NCBI GenBank assembly: GCA_001179505.1
Contig: CDMY01000386.1
Coordinates: 26,371 to 90,370, forward strand
Length of the DNA: 64,000 bases
Source of the DNA: Vitrella brassicaformis CCMP3155
Lineage: Eukaryota > Protista > Chromerida
Direction of reading: 5' to 3'
Numbering within the stretch: the first letter of the stretch is position 1; each line of letters begins with the position of its first letter. Shown here piece by piece: positions 22,938 through 35,300 of this stretch. The notes under the pieces are model-generated. The model saw nothing but the letters and a program-made list of their open reading frames with translations. It was not told the origin of the DNA and searched no databases. The translations under genes and the position numbers were made by a program.

Positions 22938-25317
22938 ATGGATGTGCATCAGGTGAGCCAGCAGCCGTGAGCAACGATCTGATGATTCTCCTCGTTGCTT
23001 CGCTACTCTGTGTGTGTGTGCAGGTCAGGGAGGATACGCGAGCAGTTGAACAGGGCCTGCGGCACCTGCAGGAGCTCAACACAGCGGTGCGCCTGCCTGC
23101 CTGCACAGAACAAGTCGTCGACTCTCTCTCTGCGTATGTGTCTTCCCTGCAGCTCGGCGCGTTGCGGTCTCACTTTGAGCAAGCGCAGCCTCCCAGTCTC
23201 ACTGCACAGGTACGTCACACACACTGCCGCATCGCTCGTGGAGTTTCCGTCTTTCGCAGGCGCCGTCGGCCAGCTCATTGGAGCTCCATGTGCAGCATGC
23301 CCTCGTCAGCTCCCACATCGCCACAGCACAGTCGCAGCTCACCCGCACACATGAGGACGTGTCGCGGGTGGTGGATGCACTCAAACCGATCCTGGCGGCC
23401 GCACCCAATCCCGCCACTCAGGATGATGCCGAGGTGCGCACAGCAGATGGCGACAGCACGACACTCTCTCTGTGTGTTAATCGCTGGTTCTTGTTGCTCT
23501 GTGTTTTGCAGGCCTCTGCAGTGAAGCGCCCGTCATTTCGTCTGACCCATCGAAGCGGCAACCCTCCACCTGTGAATGTGAATCAAGGACCGGTCAGACC
23601 GACACCATGACAGATCTGATACATCGAATCCTCTTGACCTTACTCTGATGTCATGTTGATTGTCACATCAGGCCCGTCGTCGGCTGTCGCGTGATGAGCT
23701 CTCCAACGTGTTCGGCCACCTGCAGCACTGGGAGCTGACGCGCCACCGCCGGCGTCTCGGCACGCCCCTCTTCCATCAGTCGGCCGCCAACTACACCCAC
23801 CTGGTCATCGACTGTGAGGACGACACGGCGCGGCGCATGTGGGAGACCATGCCGCTGGCCGTGGCCCAGAGATGGGGGCAGAGGGCGACCAACGTCCGAG
23901 TGATCAAACACCGCTACCCCAAGTGGCATGATCTATGGTGCCGCGGGACCTGGGCGGCATTAGTGGAAGGTCATGCGAGGGGCCGGGCGGCCATCGCAGA
24001 CAAGAAACGACGAGAGAGGGAGGGAGGGGAGGGGGCAGCTGCTGCGGTGGCGCAAGACGATTACGGCCCCAGATCAGCTGCTCGCGTTGTGGAACGCGTG
24101 GTCGACTGGACGCGTCATCAGTCGGCTGACGAGGGCACACTAGAGGTGCTGTCATTCGAGGCCGTCGAGCTCGATGACAGCATTGACATCCCCCACCCGC
24201 TCCCCTCATCTGATCTGCCGCCCGCCCCCTGCGTCCCGATCCCCATCCACCTGCCGGCACTCAAGACAGCCAACAGCATCCCGGGATACCTTGTGATGGC
24301 TCCTCAACGTCGCAACTGGCATATGCCCGCTCTCAGGGTCCTCACCATCGGAGAGCTGCCGGGAGGCGATGCCGGGTCGGTATGGCTGACGCACTGTAAA
24401 GCGATTGAGGTGCTGGACTTCAACGCCACTGGCTCTTATTCTGGTGCGTTTGTGGCCGACCTGCCGAGTGCGCTGCCGGCCGGATGCGGAGCACTCGAGG
24501 CGCTCCACACTCTGCGAGGCATCGCACTGCCGGCCTCCCCCGCCGACATCGACAAGCTGCGTGAGGTGATGGTGGCGAGGGGCGCCAGGCGGTCCATTCG
24601 CAACCTTCAGTTCATCTGGAACCATTGTGTGGTTGACACTGACAACACTGTGCAGCAGCTGAGGAAAATCGCGGAACTCAGGTGGGTCGGGACGGACCAG
24701 GCAGGCAGACAGACAGGACCGTGTATGTATGTACTTCATGTGACTGTGGTCGTCTGTTTGTGCTGTTTCGTCAGGGACGCAGTGGCTGATCCCGCTGCCA
24801 TGTCGGAGCCACTTGTTTGCGGCAACATGGGGTATGGGGGTCTCGCCATGGAGCTCCTCTCGCGCAGCAGCGACCACGTGTTCCAGAACGTCATCGCCGT
24901 GTTCGCCAAGACCATCACGACCGTGACCTACTGCGGGCGTACCGAGGCCACCCCTGCATCGATCACGGACGACACCTTCCCCGCCGCCCACACCCTGCAG
25001 CTGCAAGACGATGCCCTCCCCAGTGAGGCCAAGAAGAAGAGGGCGGTCGAGATCGCCTCCCACATGGCCAACCTGCAGCGCATCGAGGCAGACGCCCATG
25101 TGGCTGTCAGTGAGGTGTGGCGTTTCGTTGCACGGCTGCAGCGGGCGCGGATTGGCAGAGGGCGAGAGGGCGGCCTGACGGTGCATTTGATGGTGAATTT
25201 TTACACACTGCTCGGCCACGTGCCTGCTTGCTTCTGTCTGGGGGGGCGGTCCGTCGAACAGCTGCGGGGCGTTGAGAAGATTGAAATCGATATCTGGGGT
25301 GAGGGATCTTCAACAGG

Positions 25318-25352
<35 letters not shown>

Positions 25353-25760
25353 GAGAGAGAGAGCAGAGAGAGAGAGAGAGAGAGAGACAAAACAAACATG
25401 AGTGTTCTCTTTGAGCGTCAGGCGACGTCGAGGAGCTGGGAGAGGAGTTTGAGGTGGGAGACGAGTTTGACACCTTCTACGGTAATGTCATGGCTATGGT
25501 GACTGCGTACAACGAGATCAAGGTGGGTGCGTTGCAAAGTGTGTGTCACACGCCCACGCACACATCTGTCATGCTGGTCTATTTGCCCGTCGATAGGGAC
25601 ACACAGCCACTCGCGTGTCCATCGCCGAACATGGTCTCCGCTACAGGTTCCAGGAGCGATTCCACCAGCAGCATGCTGCCCTCAAGTTGGCCGGTGGACC
25701 GTTTCGGTTCTGCTGCGACGACCAGGGCTTCCTCGTAGAGCGCAGGGCGTAACTGGCTGA
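22938..25760 (+). CDS. Hypothetical protein of an expanded Vitrella-type family (F-box-like RRRLSRDELSNVFGHL lead-in, long central exon)
   Basis: ATG at 22938 (MDVHQ|VREDT..). The exon ending at 23592 splices in frame to 23672 (..NQGP|ARRRLSRDELSNVFGHLQHWELT..WETMPLAVAQRWG..WCRGTWAALVEGHARGR), joining what the ORF track shows as two genes. Family assignment is from memory. Confidence 0.7.
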
Positions 25761-26294
25761 CACAATTCACGTGGACAACGGAGGGAGGGAGGGGAGGGGA
25801 GGGAAAGGGGGCCGAGCAACACCAAAGGCATGGCAATCCATCCGTGTCTTATGTATGAGTGGGATGCGGGCTATATGCACCGGGAGACTTCGATGCTGTC
25901 CGGTGCCTTTGACGTGCCCTGGCGGCTCATGTTAGGTAGAGAGAGACGTATGAGTGTATGTTTGTATGCTAATTGGAGACATGTGTTGCGTGCTGGTGTG
26001 ATTCATGGAATGTTATTGACATAGGTGAACTGTGTTCCTCATACCTAATCGGATTTCGCTGCGTATTTGGCTGTCTGTACACACGTCTCACTCACGCACA
26101 CCATCTGGGCAGGCAGCTAGCTATGTCGCCCTCGGCACAGCTCCGATTTGCACAAAGGCACATACCCCAAATCCACGCTACAGTAGCTGGCAGTCACGCC
26201 ATGGCTACCGGGCTGTTCATCAGCGGGGCCCTCTCTGCCTCTGAACAGACACATGACGAATAACAGCTGCACACACTCACCCCCCTCCCGCGCG

Positions 26295-27205
26295 TCACTT
26301 ACGTGCCCTAGGTAGGTCTTCTGCACACAGCAGCTCGGTGCCGGTGCCGCCCACCAGCCACACGCGATAGAGGCTGTAGGACACGTAGAGTGTGTAGACG
26401 CTGCAGACGCAGACAGAGGGAAGGGATACCAAGGAGAATCTTTTCTGACTGCCCCGCCCCAATGTGTGTGTGCATTCACGGCGCACAGGTATATCGACAG
26501 TAGCGAAGGCAAGAGGACCGCCGCGATGTAGAGTACCTCGATGAATCTGTCCATCGTTGCTGCGTCAGTCTGCAGTGCATGACGCACACATGGTGGATAC
26601 CATTACACAGCCAGCCAGCCAGCCAGCCGGGCGTGTGTGTTCTGTTCCTGGCCAGCCATTTATCCATGGCTTCTCACCTTAGCGGCCAGCGTAAGGCGCA
26701 GAGGAACGACGCCCGCGAAGAGCAGGACGCAGTAGACCATCAGGACCAGGCTCAGCAGGAGCATCAACCCCTGACACCTGAGGAAACAGACAGACGTCCA
26801 GGAAGGGTGTCGTGGCAGTGGAAGGGTGTCGTGGCAGTGTATGGTCTCACCCACCCCATGTATACGCAGAGTGCGAACGCCTCCTGACACATCGCCGCAA
26901 AGATGCCCACAACCGATATCACCATAAGACCAACTGCAGTGCACACACATCCACAGCTCATGCAATGCAGCTCGAGACCAGCCTGGTGCGGCGCCCTCGC
27001 TCACTCGCGAAAAGACGTGTGAGCGGGCCGAACATGAATGCGACGAGGGCCGCCGCGCAGTGGAGCAGCGCCAGAAAGATGACGCCCGACCGCAGCGACA
27101 GGCAGAAACAGCATCTGCAATGTAATGGATCATCAACGAAAGATCATGCTGCCCTTGCGGCTGTGGTAACGTCGCTTTCCAACCTGCTAGTCGTTCGGAT
27201 CTTCA
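26295..27205 (-). CDS. Small multi-pass membrane protein of unknown function
   Basis: MKIRTTSR|CCFCLSLRSGVIFLALLHCAAALVAF.., VGLMVISVVGIFAAM, GLMLLLSLVLMVYCVLLFAGV, IEVLYIAAVLLPSLLSIYLC; canonical introns. Confidence 0.65.
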
Positions 27206-27340
27206 TCAAGCGGCGCTCTTATTGGGTGGAGGGACCCTTTATACGACGGATCTTTCCTAGAATGCCCTCTTTTCGTCGCTGCCTTTCTGCCTCTTGGCGA
27301 TCGCAATTTGCGCGCTTAATTTGTTCGTCTTAAGTCCAAA

Positions 27341-30266
27341 ATGCATCCCCACGCCTTGCCTGCAGCCGCTGCGCCAGCTGCCAACCATCGGACGGCCAAC
27401 GCTCGAAGGGCAATGGGCTATGGGAGGAGGAGATGGTCCGCCACGACAACGCCAATCGCAACGTCCCCCGCCCAGCAGAATGCGCTCACCATGACGGTAT
27501 GCGGTACTTTGCACTGATGGTTATTGCATGCACAAGACATCCTGCCTTTTCTGCAAGGTCTGCACCTCCAATGTGTCCCACGGCATCCGCCTTGACCCTC
27601 CCCCCAACGCAACACGCCACTACCATACAGTGGAGTGCTTTGGCTTTGCACAAGAGGCGCGGCCGCCAGGGCAGCCTGAGCCGGCCAGCCAATGTGAGGT
27701 CAAGAAGGTGATCACGGAGTGGAGACAACACGAAAAGAGCCGCAAAGTAAGAGTGGGTGGGGGAGAGACGAGAGACAAGCTTGACACGGTGACACCATTG
27801 ATTCAGGCTCTATTCGCGTTGCCCTATCGGTCGCCGCCCTTGTCTACTGCCCATCGACAGCCAGCGAAAGGTCATGGGAGAAGTGTCGGCGGAGACAGTA
27901 GCGAAGGGGCGAGACGTGACGCTGAACGTGTCGACATACTTCAGAGTTGGGACGAGTCGGTGCCCGATGCAGTGCAGAGGGCCAACAGGTGGGCGGCGCA
28001 GCAGGCGGCACGTGACCTGGTCACAGCTTACCGTGACTGTTTTCAGGTGCGATGGAGAGTGGGACCGCCATGTCAACGAGTGGGCTGCCCTGCGCTTCAC
28101 AGTGAGGCCACTCACAGCCTTCACTTGCGAGAAATGACCGCGCCTCTCTGTGGTGCATACAGGTGTATCGCCAGCTATGTGAGCTGCATGCTCTCAGCCG
28201 TCCCTCTGGACAGCAGGAAAGAGACACAGAAGGGGATGATCGAGACGAAGCATGGATTGAGGAACTGTACAAAGGCAATGCCAAGCAGTTTAGCAGCCTT
28301 GATCGTCTGGCCGGCGGACTCTTCAGGTGAGGAGTGAAGATGTTGGCCTTCCTACGCACAAATTGGAGTGCTTTGGCTTTGCTGCTGTGCAGTGGCGGCC
28401 ATGATAACGGACATCGAGACATGACACCTTTCGCAACGCCCTTCTTCTTCTCGCCCACTTCGTGCACCCTCAGCCCCCGACCGATGCTCCTCTCACTCCC
28501 TCTCAGATGCCAACAACCCAGCAGCCTTTCTGCGTCTCCGACATCTCCCCCGATGCGCTGCGTCGCCGAAGGGCAGGAGCAAAAGACCGTTAATCCGCCT
28601 TTCGCGCCCATATCGGCTGCAGAAGGCGCCTTCGACGAATTGCAGGGTGACGAAGCATGGGAAATAGCAGACGACCACCCTGGAGCTGGCCCTGTCGCGG
28701 GTTCGGAAGGGGATGACAGTCAACGTGCACGACAAACGACGGGTATTTCGGTGCCTTCGGTACAAGTCCCTGACGCGTGGGAGGACATTGAAGTGATGGA
28801 CGAGCCGACACCCTCCCATGTTGATGGGAACAGGGGGCATCCAGACGCCCCGCACTCCAACGAGCTACCACTTCCCAGCTGTCGACGCAGCCCTCGATCC
28901 CAGTGTGCGGCCACGTCATCGACGGAGCCGCAACCTCCTGCCTCATCTGTGTGGCCCCACCATGCACCTCTGGCCTTGGGTCATATCAACTCGAGATCGA
29001 GAGCGAGACAGTCGCCCCCTCTCGGCGAAGCAACGAGCCCCCCTCTCTTCAGCTCGGCCCACACCGCGACACATGCGGGCCTTTCTTCAACCGGGACTTT
29101 CCTGGACTTGGGTGCCGCTCCCGGCGGCTTCTCGAGTCAGCTGTGTAGGTGGGGCTGGAGAGGGATTGGCGTCAGCATGCCTGTCGAGCAAGGAGGGCTG
29201 CCAATGCTGTTCACGCCCAGCGGCGACCCGGAAAAGTACCGGGTCATCTATGACGACTTGGTTGGCGGGGCCTTAGAGGGCGGTGAGGACCCTCTGGGTA
29301 TTGCTAGTCGCCCTCCAATCCTCCGATCATCGAATAGGGGTGAGCAGCCGCACGCGTGCTTCTCCCTAGTGGTTATGGGCGCCGGTTGGGAAGAGGGATG
29401 GGGAGGGGACACACAGTGGGGTGCGTCGAGCCCTTTGTTGCTTCTGGCCCAGCTGTATCTGGCCCTCACGTACTTGACAGGTAAACACAAGGGCTGTGAG
29501 GCGAGACGCGACTCATCGTCACTTGTCTGGTCCAGAGGGTGGTGTTTTGGTGGTGTCGTTTAGCGGTCTTCCTCGACTTCGCTCTTTGTCTGTCCTGTGG
29601 CACTTGCATCGCATTTTTGGCTGTTCGAATGTCCGCGCGTACAAGCCCAACACCAGATTCGGGATGGCGTCAGGAGAAGCCTTTGCTGTGGCCCTCCATG
29701 CCCCGTCGCCGACTGACCTAGAGAGACAGCAGATGAGAGACTTCTGCCGGTACAACCACGTGCATGCAGCCATCTGGAAAATGGAACATTCCTGTTTCTT
29801 TTCTTTCTTGTCTCAGGGCCCTTCTCGTGAGGGCTGCGTCGTATCGGCAAGAGCAAATCACTGGTTTTCTCCGTCCGTGGTGGCTCGACGCCCACCGTCT
29901 TCCTGACTCAGATGCAGTAGTGGCGAGCCACTTGCCGCTGCCCCCACACGTGACGGTCAAGCATCTTTGCGCGTTCGTCGAGGCACTAGCAGGGGACCTC
30001 AAGCCCCTCTGGAGCAAACAGGTGGGCAGAGAGGGAGACGGTGGATCTGTCGGTAAGAGACACCTTCTCTTTTCATTTTTTGTCAGGTTGCTGCACTGAA
30101 GGCCAGCTTCAACCTGGCATCGTCGTCCGCCGGGCACAAGCAGTCAGCCCCCCACAGTACCCCCAGCGAAGCTGCCACGCCTCGCGAGTGGTGGCCTGTC
30201 AAGAGGGGCAGGCGGATGAGGCCTGGGCAGTGGAAGCCGGGCAGGAATGCCCAATTTCAGCAGTGA
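27341..30266 (+). CDS. FtsJ/RrmJ-like SAM-dependent 2'-O-methyltransferase domain protein
   Basis: SAM-binding motif TFLDLGAAPGGFS, then GIGVSMPVEQGG, LLLAQLYLAL, GGVLVVSF and VRAYKP; multi-exon. The N-terminal half is low-complexity. Confidence 0.8.
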
Positions 30267-30540
30267 ATTTCATTAAAACAAGGCAGAGACCTATATATCT
30301 CTTTCTGCAGAGATCTATGGGTCTCTTGTCATGAGGTGGCATAACATTTCTCGATGTGGAACAGACATGAACCTTTGATCCTTGCCAGCTACACGTCAAT
30401 CGACAAAGGTGCATACACAGCACACGCCGACATTCAACGCAACCTCGTCCCTGTCGTTCTGGACACGATAGCAATGTCACATAGTTTTCAGCCGATCGTA
30501 TCTCACAATTGTCACGCATACCACGCCGCACTGCAAAGAA

Positions 30541-31964
30541 TTACGTCCATTGGGACTTGAGACGTTCTATTGCCGCGTCCCTCTTGATAAGCTCCACTCT
30601 CAACTTGGTGCACTCCGAGGCAAGAGCTGAGTCTCGAATCTGACAAATGAGACACATGGCCGGCCATTGAAGTGGGAATGTACACTCCCTTGATCCGCCC
30701 CGCGCACCTTCTCTTCGAGGACACCACATGCGTCAAGGAGGAGAGTGCATCGACTCTGCAGTACATTGACGTCCCACTGACCATCCTCCGCCTCGTCGTG
30801 CGAAGTGTCGCCCGCGTCCGTTTCTACAGCTGCCACTGTCTCCTTTGCCACGGCCTGAACTCTCATCTGTGTCAGCTTGTCGACGAGGGCGTTGCGCCTC
30901 TCCGTCTGTCTACGGAACTCTTGTCTGAGTCGTTCGCGCTTCTTGGCCTGCGACGGCCCCTCCATCACCTCGTCTACATCTCGTCTCAGCTGCATATACA
31001 ATCCGCAAAACATCAATGGGATTTTGGGTCTACCAACAGGTGCAATTACCTGGTTGGCGTCGTCTGAGAGTTTGCAGTTCTCTGCTTTGAGGCTGAGCTG
31101 CTCCGCCCGTCCAAAGAGGCTGTCAGGGACGTCTGCGCCGTCCATGCCGAGATGTCTCAGGTGCCTCTCGATCTGTGTTATCATGTTCTGGTTCTTGGTG
31201 ACTTGCCCCTTGACTGGCAGCACCGACTCGCTGTACCTCCGATGCAGGCGATCCACAACGCTGCGCTGACCAGCGAATTGATGGGTATGAACGAAAAGCA
31301 TGGCACAGACACAAGCTGAGATGAATGACAGTACTTGTGAGGATCCGTGTCTGCGACCTGTTGCTCGCCCACGTCGCTGAGCTCTGTCAGACAGGCCTCC
31401 AGCTGCCTGAAGTGCCAAGCCACTTGTCTGCAGCTTCGCATGTACTTTCTTTACCTGATTTGTTTCCCCTTTGTCTTCAGGGGCTTGAGCTGATCCCAGA
31501 GCTTCACCACCTCAGCTCGTGCCTTGTCAAATCGCTCAGCCACCCGACCTGAGGAGACACGAGCACACTCCCATGAACGAATGGCTCCGTCGACTGTGTG
31601 ATGGATCGTACTAAAAATGTGATTCAGCCTTGTGCGGCCGTCTTTTGACGCCAAGATGACCTCGAGATCCTGCGTCATGGCAGACCAAGCAGCGGAGTCC
31701 CATGTATCGCTCATTCTCGTCCACCAACCATATCAGTGATGGCATTCTCTATCAGCGCCTTGAGTTGCTTCTTCGTGCTTCGAATGGAATCCTGAACAAA
31801 CAAAGGTGCGTGTCCTGACGAGAGGGTAAGAGTGAGGGGACGCGCATATCGTGCTCTTTGTGTCTTACGATGATGCCATCTTTCTCCCCCTTCAGGTTCC
31901 TCTGTTCTTCGTCAAGGTCAGCCTGGTGACGCTCCACGGCACGGCAAAGCTGCACTGAATGCAT
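30541..31964 (-). pseudogene. Coiled-coil hypothetical gene, possibly disrupted
   Basis: Coiled-coil-like segments (ERHQADLDEEQRNLKGEK, RFDKARAEVVKLWDQLK, RERLRQEFRRQTERRNALVDKL, KLRVELIKRDAAIERLK). There is an in-frame TAA near 31452, removable only by a 27-nt intron, and the frame is inconsistent around 31270-31430. Confidence 0.4.
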
Positions 31965-32322
31965 TCATGAGAATGAGAACACAGACAAGCGCCTTTAGCC
32001 GCATGCATTCGAAAGGAGCGTCCGTCCGCCCTTACACGTTAGTAGCCGGTCCGTGGGGTGATGACAGGGCGGCATAGCGAAGGAGCGGTGGGAGATTCTT
32101 TGCAAAGATATTTCCACAGTTCCGAGGGGAAGAGCGTGAGAGACGGGAATCAGATGGGGGCTCGCAGCGCCTCCTTCCGCATAACCTTCTCCCCGCCCTA
32201 ACCTCTCAGTTTGCGAATCCTTGTTTTTATGAGAGATCATGAGTCCCTGCGCGTATTGAAGACCCCCGGCTGGTTGAAGATGGGTTTGATGGATGCTTGG
32301 AGGTAGCTGACCCCGTTTGCTG

Positions 32323-35300
32323 ATGGCGCAGGCATTTCAGTCGGTGCAGGCGATAGGTGCCTTAGCTGCAGTCCAAGCCGGTGCGGGCGCACAGTTCGCT
32401 GCGGTCACCGCATCCACCAGACCAGCAGCACCCCGAGTGAGCATGCGCATCCATTCATCGCTTTACCCCTCGTGGTTGCGATGTGATCTCTCCCCCTCTG
32501 TATATCTGTGTATGTGCATCGTGTGTGTCAGCAAGAGGCCAGGTCGGATGGAGGCATTTTCGGCGCGTTCGACATCTTCGGCATGTGCACGTCGGGTGCA
32601 GCGGTCAAGCCGGCGGAGGCAGCAGCGGCCCAGGCCAAGAGGTCGGAGCAGGTGCTGTATCTGCGGCTGTGCCTGCACTCGGCGACCAACCTTGCGTCAG
32701 CTGACGTGGCCAGCCTCTCTGACCCCTACGTGGACGTCAAGTTCCAGAACAAGGAGCACAAGACAAAGGTCATCGACAACAGCCTCAACCCCGTCTGGGA
32801 AGACCTCTGGGAAACGGAATTCAGGGTGCGTACGGTGGAGGGGCCTATATGTGTGTGTGTCGTGTGTGTGTGTGTGTTGGGATGTTGCTGTGTGTGTTGT
32901 GTGGTGCAGGATGGTTCGTCGAACGAGCTGCTGCTGACGGTGTATGACAAAGACACACTCAGCGCCAACGACCCACTCGGCAACGTGACCATCAAAGTGC
33001 CGTTCGAGCCCTCCAAAGTCAAAAGGTAACTAACGCGCCGACAAACACCCCCACGCCGCCAGCAGCCATGCCATGATGCGTGGGTGTCGCGTGTGCAGGG
33101 AGGTTTTGCAGCTATCGAACGTGCCAGGCGGTTGGTTCAGCAAGAGACCAGACAGCCGGCTGACGATCCTGTACCAGGTCACCCCACCACCCACACCAGC
33201 TGACAACGACGGAGATGCATCGACACGCACGACCGTATGTTTGATTTGTGCAGGTGACCGATTCGCTTCAGAATCAGCCCGACCTGGTAGCGATGGCGCA
33301 GCGGGCCCGTGACGCCGACGACATGGAGCCCAAGACGTACAACCTCAGCATCACCGTCTACAAGGTACCACCACCAACACACACACGAGAAACCAACACC
33401 TGATCTGCATTGCATGCACGTGTGTGTCAGATCCACATGCTGAAGAAAAAGCCCAACGTGAGTGGGATGGTCAAGGTGACGCTTGGCAGCGGCCCCAGCG
33501 CTGTGACGCACAACTCAACGGCCACAGCCGTCGACGAGAGGTCACGCACCATACGGATCGGTAACAGAGTGCAGGTACGCCAGACATACACACACAGACA
33601 CAGACACAGGCAAGGGATGGAGAAGAATGTGTCTTTCCTGTCTGTTCTGTGTGTATTGTGCTCTCTGTGTGCTGTGTGTCGGTCAGGGCTGGACTCCCGA
33701 GCCGTTTCTGTTGGAGGATAAGACCATCGAGGACCTCATGATGCTTAGGTATACACACACACACATACACACACACACGTGTGCAGCGAGTGCCCCACAC
33801 ACAGATACTGTTTGTTGCCTGCCCTTGTTCACTCAGGCTGAAGGTTGAAGGGCTCCTATCGCACACGGCTGCCGAGGTGAGTGACCGATCAGATGCACCA
33901 CCCACACCCAATCGTTCCTGCCTCCGCGTCTTTCTCTGTGTGTTCACACGTGTCCGCCTTGTGTCCCTGTGTGTGTGCAGAAGCTTGGCGAGCAGGTGAA
34001 AGCGTCGGAGCGGGTCGGGGAGGAGATCAAGAAGGAAAAAGGTGAGAGTGGCGCCGAGAGAGAGGGGCTTTCACACCGTCCGTCCGTCACTTCCGGTGTC
34101 TTGGTTTGTTGCAATGTGCTGTCTGTCAGCTGAGGGCAAGAAGGACAGGCAGCACAAGCGGCACAAGCGGCTGCTCCAGCGCAAGAAGAAACGGGATGTA
34201 GCCGAGGTAAGCACCAGCAGCACAGTCACCACACCCACCCCTCCGCCATCTGCACCCCTCTCACCCTCCGTCGGTGTGTGTGTTGTTCGTTCAGTTGCCG
34301 GTTCAGAGTTTGGGCGTGTGGGAGGAGTCGCTTGACGAGTTCCACGACCACATCACCGAGACCAAGACCCCCTGGGCCGCTCGGGCACTCCTGCACGACA
34401 TCCAACACAACCAACTCACCGGAGAGGTAGGTAACTCACAATCTCACAATGCAAGAACAACACAACAGACAACAGAACGCCGCAGGGTCTTACCCTTCCC
34501 CTCTCTCTCTCTCTCTGTGCGTGTGTGTGCAGGTGTTTGTGCAGATCGACATGTGGAGTCCGGCCGATGAGGAGAGCCACGAGCCCCTCGACATGGAGAC
34601 CATGGAGGAGAACAAGGAGCTCCGCAAGTCCAAGGGCTCCCACGCCGGCCTGGGCCGCGGCGCCCCCACCACCTACTACCTCTACGCCTACGCCGACTTC
34701 CTGCCCACCGTGGACGAGCCCATCTTCGGCTTCGGCCGTCGGATGGACAAGCACACGGCGTGCGACCCGTTCGTGCGGCTGACAGTGGCTGGCGGGGGTG
34801 CCAAGCCGCAGCGAGTGACGTCAGCCACTGTGAGTGACCGGCAGCGGGAGGTCATGTGGGACGTCATGACCTTCACACTGCCCGCCAACGCGTAAGTGCG
34901 AGGGGATGGGACATACAGGATGACGGAGAGGGGAGGGGGGGGACACTTTCTGTCTGTGTGTACTTGTGTGTGTCTGTGTCTGTGTGAGGTGTGCAGGAAG
35001 CGGACTCGTTTGCTGGTGGAGTTGTATGACAACGATTCGGTGTCGCTCATCTCACTCGAAGAGCTCATCGGACAGGCACACACACACACAAAGACACACA
35101 CACGCACGCACGCTGACTCACAGAGCTGACCCATTTGTGTGTGTCTGTGGGTCGCTGTGTGCTTTCCGTGTTTGTTCATTCATTCAGGTTCAGCTGTTCA
35201 ACTTGCCCCTGAATCGCCGGCAGTGGTATCACCTCTACGGAGGGGGCCTCCGGGCGCCCAGAGACGACTACGCACTTGCAATGATCAAGGCAGGCACCCA

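Noticed and set aside
27556-27645. Possible PARP-type zinc finger at the FtsJ protein N-terminus (VCTSNVSHG..YHTVECF)
   Set aside because: After splicing only one Cys precedes the H..C motif, so the CxxC pair is missing.
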